64,000 bases of DNA from Ranitomeya imitator (Eukaryota). The position numbers and the translations under genes were made by a program. The stretch covers positions 23,870,001 to 23,934,000 of the forward strand of contig NC_091283.1 in the NCBI RefSeq assembly GCF_032444005.1, read 5' to 3'. Positions within the stretch are counted from its first letter, which is position 1; the number at the start of each line of letters is the position of its first letter. The notes under the pieces are model-generated. The model did not search any database. It was not told the DNA's origin and saw only the letters and a list, made by a program, of their open reading frames with translations. Below are positions 37,208 through 47,464 of this stretch, piece after piece.

Positions 37208-37418
37208 CGGTCTGTGGCGCCAGTCCTGCGATGCGGCAGATCACTCGGCGTTGGTGCCACGTGCTGGGTGGTGGTGGCACGTACGCCCGGGCGAGAATGG
37301 CGATGGCAGAACTAAGCAGCGCAGCCAGTAATATCCAGAAGAGCAGCAGCAGCCCCCGCCGTACGCACACCCAGCCGCGGGCGTCCTGCTCGGGCCTCAG
37401 GAGCGGCTGGGACTCCAT
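37208..37418 (-). CDS. SLC3A2-like exon 1: short cytoplasmic tail, single transmembrane helix and neck
   Basis: Strong Kozak ggagacATGG. GWVCVRRGLLLLFWILLAALLSSAIAILARA...WHQRRVICRI parallels 4F2hc GWVRTRWALLLLFWLGWLGMLAGAVVIIVRA...WWHTGALYRI. Donor CCG|gtgagt, phase 1. Confidence 0.88.
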
Positions 37419-37853
37419 GTCTCCCCGGCTGCGTCTCCTCCTACAGATCTTATACTTTGGTATTTGCTGACCAGAAAATCACCACAAAGTGTGAAGAGGA
37501 GTGTCACATTCTACATCCACCATCGTCGCCCCACCCGAGGCCACAACGGGGTCCGGGCAACAGACCAACCTCCGTACAATCACAGTACCACCAAAAATGG
37601 CACAAAAAACCCTGCAAAATTGTGCACCCAATCTACAAAAGCAGGTACCTGATAAGTCAGTGGCCAGCCGTGCATAACTAGAAACCCACAATAATGGCGG
37701 CCGCCTCGTTGGGGAATGGCTAGTTGAGCGGTTTCCAGACACCGCAGGCGCTGATCTCTGCTAACAGCTGCCACCTCCAAACACACTGAGGCCATGATCC
37801 AGGGCGCAGCGAGGGTTAAATGTGAGCCCAGGTGAAGCTGCAGTGGTGATCAC

Positions 37854-37993
37854 CTGGACCGGGCGGGGGAGGCCTCCATGATGATTCCTGTGGTTTCCAT
37901 GGAGACGTGGTGATCATGGGGGTCACGATTATAGTCACCACAGTCTGACGGATCCTGATCAAAATCACCCTCATCATCCTCGTCCCGCTGCAT
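37854..37993 (-). CDS. Tentative upstream acidic exon of the SLC3A2-like gene (MQRDEDDEGDFDQD...)
   Basis: Open acidic frame ending CCAG|gtgatc (phase 2). Splicing to the AG before 37440 is in frame with ATG 37418, but that acceptor has a weak pyrimidine tract. Confidence 0.3.
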
Positions 37994-38402
37994 CTGGTCT
38001 TCATGATTTGTTACTTATTGTCTTGTGATTTCAATTTTTTTTTCTTCTTTAGTAAAATATTTGGAAAGCTGCTTTGTGATCACTGTAACAAAATCGCCAC
38101 ATGTGAATAAAAACCGCACATGGAGAACTATAAATATGGCCGCCTTTATGGATTGTATGTGTGGGTGGGGTGTGGCCGCTTTTTGTTACAGCATGGCTTC
38201 ATATCCATAAGCTGCATTCACACCAGTAGCACGGCGGCCATGACGGTGGGAAAACAACAGAAATAATGGCAGCTACATTGGATGCCACATTACTGAGGTA
38301 CAATAGGAGGAGAGTGCAGTATACAGCACAGAGCAGCATATGGCGCCATACCCAGGCCCCCAACACTGCACAGTACAGATCCATAATGGTGAGGGGTCAA
38401 TT

Positions 38403-41400
38403 TGTATGACTGTAGTATGGCGGCGCGGAGACGAAGGATTGTAATATAGCGGTGCGGAGACGTATGATTGTAGTATAGAGGTGTGGAGACGTATGATTGT
38501 AGTATAGCGGTGCGGAGACGTAGGATTGTAGTATAGAGGTGCGGAGACGTATGATTGTAGTATAGAGGTGCGGAGACGTAGGATTGTAATATAGCGGTGC
38601 GGAGACGTAGGATTGTAGTATAGAGGTGTGGAGACGTATGATTGTAGTACAGCGGTGTGGAGACGTATGATTGTAGTATAGCGGTGTGGAGACGTATGAT
38701 TGTAGTATAGCGGTGTGGAGACGTATGATTGTAGTATAGCGGTGTGGAGACGTATGATTGTAATATAGCGGTGTGGAGACGTATGATTGTAGTATGGTGG
38801 TGTGGAGACGTAGGATTGTAGTATAGCGGTGTGGTGACGTATGATTGTAATATAGCGGTGTGGAGACGTAGGATTGTAGTATAGCGGTGTGGAGACGTAC
38901 GATTGTAGTATAGAGGTGTGGAGACGTATGATTATAATATAGCGGTGTGGAGACGTATGATTGTAGTATGGCGGTGTGGAGACGTATGATTGTAGTATAG
39001 CGGTGTGGTGACGTATGATTGTAATATAGCGGTGTGGAGACGTAGGATTGTAGTATAGCGGTGTGGAGACGTACGATTGTAGTATAGAGGTGTGGAGACG
39101 TATGATTATAATATAGCGGTGTGGAGACGTATGATTGTAGTATGGCGGTGTGGAGACGTATGATTGTAGTATAGAGGTGTGGAGACGTATGATTGTAATA
39201 TAGCGGTGTGGTGACGTATGATTGTAGTATGGCGGTGTGGAGACGTATGATTGTAGTATAGCGGTGTGGAGACATATGATTGTAGTATAGCGGTGTGGTG
39301 ACGTATGATTGTAGTATGGTGGTGTGGTGACGTATGATTGTAGTATGGCAGTGACGTATGATTGTAGTATGGCGGTGTGGTGACGTATGATTGTAGTATG
39401 GCGGTGTGGTGACGTATGATTGTAGTATGGCGGTGACGTATGATTGTAGTATGGCGGTGTGGTGACGTATGATTGTAGTATGGCGGTGTGGAGATGTATG
39501 ATTGTAGTATAGCAGTGTGGAGACGTAGGATTGTAGTATAGAGGTGTGGAGACGTAGGATTGTAGTATAGAAGTGTGGAGACGGATGATTGTAGGAAAGC
39601 GGTGTGGAGACGGATGATTGTAGTATAGAGGTGTGGAGACGGATGATTGTAGGAAAGCGGTGTGGAGACATATGATTTTAGCATAGCGGGGTGGAGACGT
39701 ATGATTATATTATAGCGGTGTGAAGACGTAGGATTGTAGTATAGTGGTGCGAAGACGTAGGATTGTAGTATATCGGTGTGGTGAAGTATGATTGTAGTAT
39801 AGAGGTGTGGAGACGTATGATTGTAGTATAGCGGTGTGGAGACGTATGATTGTAGTATAGCGGGGCGAAGACGTAGGATTGTAGTATATCGGTGTGGTGA
39901 AGTATGATTGTAGTATAGAGGTGTGGAGACGTATGATTGTAGTATAGAGGTGTGGAGACGTAGGATTGTAGTATAGCGGTGTGGTGACGTATGATTGTAG
40001 TATGGCGGTGTGGAGACGTATGACTGTAGTATGGTGGTGTGGAGACGTATGATTTTAGCATAGCAGGGTGGAGACGTATGATTGTAGTATAGCAGTGTGG
40101 AGACGTATGACTGTAGTATAGCAGTGTGGAGATGTATGATTGTAGTATAGAGGTATGGAGACGTATGATTGCAGTATAGCGTTGTGGAGACGTATGAGTG
40201 AAGTATAGCAGTGTGGAGATGTATGATCGCATTATAGCGGTGACGTATGATTGTAGTATAGAGGTATGGAGACGTATGATTGCAGTATAGCGTTGTGGAG
40301 ACGTATGAGTGAAGTATAGCGTTGTGGAGACGTATGACTGTAGTATAGCAGTGTGGAGATGTATGATCGCATTATAGCGGTGACGTTTGATTGTAGTATA
40401 GCGTTGTGGAGACGTATGATTGCAGTATAGCGGTGCAGTGATGTATGATTGTAGTATAGCGGTGCAGTGATGTATGATTGTAGAATAGCGGTGCAGTGAT
40501 GTATGATTGTAGTATAGTGGTGTGCAGATATCTGGTGACAGGATTGTGGGGTGAAGACGTATGACTGTAGTATAGTGGTGTGGAGTTGTATGATTGTAGT
40601 ATAGTGGTGTGGAGACGTATGATTGTAGCATGGCGTTGTGGAGACGTATGATTGTAGTATGGCGGTGTGGAGACGTATGATTGTAGTATGGCGGTGTGGA
40701 GACGTTTGATTGTAGTATGGCTGTTTGTAGACGTATGGTGGTGTGGAGTCCTATGATTGTAGTATGGCGGTGTGGAGTCCTATGATTGTACTATAGCTGT
40801 GACGTATGATTGTAGTATAGCGATGTGGAGACGTATGATTGTAGTACAGTGGTGACGTATGATTGTAGTATGGCAGTGTGGAGTCGTATGATTGTAGTAT
40901 GGCAGTGTGGAGTCGTATGATTATAGTATAGCGGTGGGGAATCCTATGATTGTACTATAGCGGTGATGTATGATTGTAGTATAGCGATGTGGAGACGTAT
41001 GATTGCAGTATAGGGTTGTGTAGACATATGATTGTAGTATTGCAGTGTGGAGATGTATGATTGCAGTATAGCGGTGACCTATGACTGTAGTATAGCGTTG
41101 TGGAGACGTATGATTGTAGATTAGCAGTATGATTTTAGTATAGCAGTGTGGAGACTTATGATTATAGTATAGCGGTGTGGAGTCGTATGATTGCAGTATA
41201 GCGTTGTGGAGACGTAGGATTGTAGTACAGCGGTGTGGTGACGTATGATTGTAGTATAGCGGTGACGTATGATTGTAGTATAGCGGTGTGGAGTTGTATG
41301 ATTATAATATAGCGGTGTGGAGTCCTATGATTGTAGTATACCGGTGACGTATGATTGTAGAATAGCGGTGTGGAGTCGTATGATTGTAGTATAGCGGTGA

Positions 41401-44400
41401 CATATGATTGTAGTATAGCGGTGTGGAGACGTATGACTGTAGTATAGCAGTGACGTATGATTGTAGCATAGTGGTGTAGAGACGTATGATTGTATAGCGG
41501 TGTGGAGACGTATGATTGTAGTATAGCGATGTGGAGACGTATGATTGTAGTATAGCGGTGTGGAGACGTATGAATGTAATATAGCGGTGTGGAGTCGTAT
41601 GATTGTAGTATAGCGGTGTGGAGTCCTATGATTGTAGTATAGCGGTGATGTATGATTGTAGTATAGCGGTGTGGAGTCCTATGATTGTAGTATAGCGGTG
41701 ACGTATGATTGTAGTATAGCGGTGTGGAGATGTATGATTGTAGTATAGCGGTGACATATGATTGTAGTATAGTGGTGTGGAAACGTATGATTGTAGTATA
41801 GCGGTGTGGAGACGTATGACTGTAGTATAGCAGTGACGTATGATTGTAGCATAGTGGTGTGGAGACGTATGATTGTAGTATAGCGGTGTGGAGACGTATG
41901 ATTGTAGTATAGCGATGTGGAGACGTATGATTGTAGTATAGCAGTGACGTATGATTGTAGTATAGCGGTGTGGAAACGTATGATTGTAGTATAGCGATTT
42001 GGAGTCGTATGATTCTAGTATAGCGGTGACATATGATTGTAGTATAGCGGTGTGGAGACGTATGAATGTAATATAGCGGTGTGCAGTCGTATGATTATAG
42101 TATAGCGGTGTGGAGTCCTATGATTGTAGTATAACGGTGACGAATGATTGTAGTATAGCGGTGTGGAGTCCTATGATTGTAGTATAACGGTGACGAATGA
42201 TTGTAGTATAGCGGTGTGGAGTCCTATGATTGTAGTATAGCGGTGACGTATGATTGTAGTATAGCGGTGTGGAGATGTATGATTGTAGTATAGCGGTGAC
42301 ATATGATTGTAGTATAGCGGTGACGTATGATTATACTATAGGGGTGTGGAGTCGTATGATTATAGAATAGCGGTGTGGAGTCGTATGATTGTAGTATAGC
42401 GGTGACGTATGATTGTAGAATAGCGGTGTGGAGTCCTATGATTGTAGTATAGCGGTGACGTATGATTGTAGTATAGCGGTGTGGAGATGTATGATTGTAG
42501 TATAGCGGTGACATATGATTGTAGTATAGTGGTGTGGAAACGTATGATTGTAGTATAGCGGTGTGGAGACGTATGACTGTAGTATAGCAGTGACGTATGA
42601 TTGTAGCATAGTGGTGTGGAGACGTATGATTGTAGTATAGCGGTGTGGAGACGTATGATTGTAGTATAGCGATGTGGAGACGTATGATTGTAGTATAGCA
42701 GTGACGTATGATTGTAGCATAGTGGTGTGGAAACGTATGATTGTAGTATAGCAGTGTGGAAACGTATGATTGTAGTATAGCGATTTGGAGTCGTATGATT
42801 GTAGTATAGCGGTGACATATGATTGTAGTATAGCGGTGTGGAGACGTATGAATGTAATATAGCGGTGTGGAGTCGTATGATTATAGTATAGCGGTGTGGA
42901 GTCCTATGATTGTAGTATAACGGTGACGTATGATTGTAGTATAGCGGTGTGGAGTCCTATGATCGTAGTATAGCGGTGACGTATGATTGTAGTACAGCGG
43001 TGTGGAGATGTATGATTGTAGTATAGCGGTGACATATGATTGTAGTATAGCGGTGACGTATGATTATACTATAGGGGTGTGGAGTCGTATGATTACAGAA
43101 TAGCGGTGTGGAGTCGTATGATTGTAGTATAGCGGTGACGTATGATTATAGTATAGAGGTGTGGAGTTCTATGATTGTAGTATAGCGGTGACGTATGATT
43201 ATAGTATAGAGGTGTGGAGTTCTATGATTGTAGTATAGCGGTGACATATGATTGTAGTATAGCGGTGTGGAGTCATATGATTGTAGTGGTGACGTATGAC
43301 TGTAGTATAGCGGTGTGGAGTCGTATGATTATAGAATAGCGGTGTGGAGTCGTATGATTGTATTATAGCGGTGACATATGATTGTAGTATAGCGGTGACG
43401 TATGATTATAGTATAGAGGTGTGGAGTAGGGTTGAGCAAAACGGATCGGACAAATTCAAAAATCGCCGACTTTCGGTAAAGTTGGGCTTCATGAAACCCG
43501 ACCCGATCCTAGTGTGGGATCGGCCATGCGGTCGGCGATCTTCACGCCAAAGTCACGTTTTGTATGACGCGTTCAGCGCCATTTTTCAGCCAATGAAGGA
43601 GCGTGAGCAGCATGATGACATAGGTCTCAAGGGCGTGAACGCCTATCGCCAGTGCTGTAGCGATTTGCAATGTGCAACATCAGCTTTTCTGTGGAGAGAG
43701 AGAGAGAGAGAGAGAGATTTCCCATTGACTTGCATTGGGTTTCGTGTTTCGGTCGAACCCCGACTTTTCGCGATAATCAGCCGATTTCACTTGACTCGAC
43801 TTTTGAGAAAGTCGGGTTTCGCGAAACCCAACTCGATCTTAAAAAAGTTAAAGTCGCTCAACCCTAGTGTGGAGCCCTATGATTGTAGTATAGTGGGGAC
43901 GTATGACTGTAGTATAGCGGTGTGGAGTTGTATGATTATAGAATAGTGGTGTGGAGTCGTATGATTGTATTATAGCGGTGACATATGATTGTAGTATAGA
44001 GGTGTGGAGTCCTATGATTGTAGTATAGCGGTGACGTATGATTATAGTATAGAGGTGTGGAGTCCTATGATTGTAGAACAGCGGTGACGTATGATTGTAG
44101 AATAGCGGTGTGGAGTCCTATGATTGTAGTATAGTGGTGACGTATGATTGTAGTATAGCGGTGTGGAGATGTATGATTGTAGTATAGCCGTGACATATGA
44201 TTGTAGTATAGCGGTGACGTATGATTATAGTATAGGGGTGTGGAGTCGTATGATTGATGTATAGCGGTGTGGAATCCTATGATTGTAGTATAGCGGTAAC
44301 ATATGATTATAGTATAGAGGTGTGGAGTCCTATGATTGTAGTATAGTGGTGACATATGACTGTAGTATAGCGGCGACATATGACTGTAGTATAGCGGCGT

Positions 44401-46990
44401 GGAGTCGTATGATTATAGAATAGCAGTATGGAGTCGTATGATTGTAGTATAGCGGTGTGGAGTCGTATGATTATAGAATAGCGGTGTGGAGTTGTATGAT
44501 TGTAGTATAGCGGTGACATATGATTGTAGTATAGCAGTGACGTATGATTATAGTATAGTGGTGTGGAGTCCTATGATTGTAGTATAGAGGTGACATATGA
44601 TTCTAGTATAGCGGTGACGTATGATTATAGTATAGTGGTGTGGAGTCCTATGATTGTAGTATAGCGGTGACATATGATTCTAGTATAGCGGTGATGTATG
44701 ATTATAGTATAGTGGTGTGGAGATGTATGATTGTAGTATAGCGGTGACATATGATTGTAGTATAGCGTTGACATGATTCTAGTATAGCGGTGACGTATGA
44801 TTATAGTATAGTGGTGTGGAGATGTATGATTGTAGTATAGCGGTGACATATGATTGTAGTATAGCGGTGACATATGATTCTAGTATAGCGGTGACGTATG
44901 ATTATAGTATAGTGGTGTGGAGATGTATGATTGTAGTATAGCGGTGACATATGATTGTAGTATAGCGGTGACATGATTCTAGTATAGCGGTGACGTATGA
45001 TTATAGTATAGTGGTGTGGAGATGTATGATTGTAGTATAGCGGTGACATATGATTGTAGTATAGCGGTGACGCTATGATTCTAGTATAGCGGTGACGTAT
45101 GATTATAGTATAGTGGTGTGGAGATGTATGATTGTAGTATAGCGGTGACATATGATTGTAGTATAGCGGTGACATATGATTCTAGTATAGCGGTGACGTA
45201 TGATTATAGTATAGTGGTGTGGAGATGTATGATTGTAGTATAGCGGTGACATATGATTGTAGTATAGCGGTGACATATGATTCTAGTATAGCGGTGACGT
45301 ATGATTATAGTATAGTGGTGTGGAGATGTATGATGGTAGTATAGCGGTGACGTATGATTATAGTATAGCGGTATGGAGTCGCATGATTGAAGTATAGCGG
45401 TGACATATGATTGTAGTATAGAGGTGTGGAGTCGCATGATTGAAGTATAGCGGTGACGTATGATTGTAGTATAGAGGTATGGAATCGCATGATTGAAGTA
45501 TAGCGGTGACATATGATTGTAGTATAGAGGTGTGGAGATGTATGATGGTAGTATAGCGGTGACATATGATTGAAGTATAGCGGTGACATATGATTGTAGT
45601 ATAGAGGTGTGGAGATGTATGATGGTAGTATAGCGGTGACATATGATTGAAGTATAGCGGTGACGTATGATTATAGTATAGTGGTGTGGAGATGTATGAT
45701 GGTAGTATAGCGGTGACATGATTGTAGTATAGCGGTGACATATGATTGTAGTATAGCGGTGACGTATGATTATAGTATAGTGGTGTGGAGTCCTATGATT
45801 GTAGTATAGAGGTGACATATGATTCTAGTATAGCGGTGACGTATGATTATAGTATAGTGGTGTGGAGTCCTATGATTGTAGTATAGCGGTGACATATGAT
45901 TCTAGTATAGCGGTGATGTATGATTATAGTATAGTGGTGTGGAGATGTATGATTGTAGTATAGCGGTGACATATGATTGTAGTATAGCGTTGACATGATT
46001 CTAGTATAGCGGTGACGTATGATTATAGTATAGTGGTGTGGAGATGTATGATTGTAGTATAGCGGTGACATATGATTGTAGTATAGCGGTGACATATGAT
46101 TCTAGTATAGCGGTGACGTATGATTATAGTATAGTGGTGTGGAGATGTATGATTGTAGTATAGCGGTGACATATGATTGTAGTATAGCGGTGACATGATT
46201 CTAGTATAGCGGTGACGTATGATTATAGTATAGTGGTGTGGAGATGTATGATTGTAGTATAGCGGTGACATATGATTGTAGTATAGCGGTGACGCTATGA
46301 TTCTAGTATAGCGGTGACGTATGATTATAGTATAGTGGTGTGGAGATGTATGATTGTAGTATAGCGGTGACATATGATTGTAGTATAGCGGTGACATATG
46401 ATTCTAGTATAGCGGTGACGTATGATTATAGTATAGTGGTGTGGAGATGTATGATTGTAGCATAGCGGTGACATATGATTGTAGTATAGCGGTGACATAT
46501 GATTCTAGTATAGCGGTGACGTATGATTATAGTATAGTGGTGTGGAGATGTATGATGGTAGTATAGCGGTGACGTATGATTATAGTATAGCGGTATGGAG
46601 TCGCATGATTGAAGTATAGCGGTGACATATGATTGTAGTATAGAGGTGTGGAGTCGCATGATTGAAGTATAGCGGTGACGTATGATTGTAGTATAGAGGT
46701 GTGGAGATGTATGATGGTAGTATAGCGGTGACATATGATTGAAGTATAGCGGTGACATATGATTGTAGTATAGAGGTGTGGAGATGTATGATGGTAGTAT
46801 AGCGGTGACATGATTGTAGTATAGCGGTGACATATGATTGAAGTATAGCGGTGACATATGATTGTAGTATAGAGGTGTGGAGTCGCATGATTGAAGTATA
46901 GCGGTGACATATGATTGTAGTATAGCGGTGACATATGATTGTAGTATAGAGGTGTGGAGTCGCATGATTGTAGTATAGCGGTGTGCAGAC
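38403..46990. repeat. ~8.6-kb 29/24-bp minisatellite (gtatgattgtagtatagcggtgtggagac)
   Basis: Visible tandem units filling the interval between the divergently transcribed SLC3-like gene and RTN2. Confidence 0.96.
43427..43866. mobile_element. hAT-type MITE (440 bp) inserted in the minisatellite
   Basis: TIRs TAGGGTTGAGC / GCTCAACCCTA; 8-bp TSD GTGTGGAG at 43419-43426 and 43867-43874. Confidence 0.88.
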
Positions 46991-47230
46991 GTCTGATGAC
47001 AGGACTGTGGGGTGGAGCGGTCCCTTGTCTCTCTTGCTGTTGGTCCATGAATGGCTGTGTGCAGTCATTTCCTGCCCCCTCTCAGGCCTTTGTCTGCTGC
47101 GCTCGCTCCTCCCTGTGTTTGTGAGTTGTGTGTGTCAGGTTGCTCCACAATGAGATGCTAGGCAGGGAGACAACACGCTGTGGGGTGCGCTCGTGTGGGT
47201 CTGTATGGGTGTCACCGGCAGACAGCGGAT

Positions 47231-47261
47231 ATGGGACACGTCCTGTCGTTCACACACTGCA
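47231..47261 (+). CDS. rtn2: RTN2 exon 1: MGHVLSFTHC
   Basis: ATGGGACACGTCCTG...TGCA|gtaagt, phase 1. Matches the RTN2 N-terminus MGxVL..F.HC|K. Confidence 0.9.
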
Positions 47262-47464
47262 GTAAGTGTCGCCTGCTGTATCATTGTGTGTCGCTGCGAG
47301 TGCAGGTGCGGCGTCTCCTCCATCATTGTCTATTATGTAGGGGCTGCATATGGGTGTATCCTATAGAGAGCGAGCGTGGCGTCCTCGTGTGACGGTCACG
47401 CAGATTATCACATGTCATGTGCGACCGTCACACTACTACAGTAGAATCTGATGCTCTGACTGTA

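Noticed and set aside
29200-47200. PPM1N, expected here from mammalian synteny
   Set aside because: No PP2C motifs (such as GWRxxMED or DGHG) found in any unique segment; the exons present are SLC3-like.
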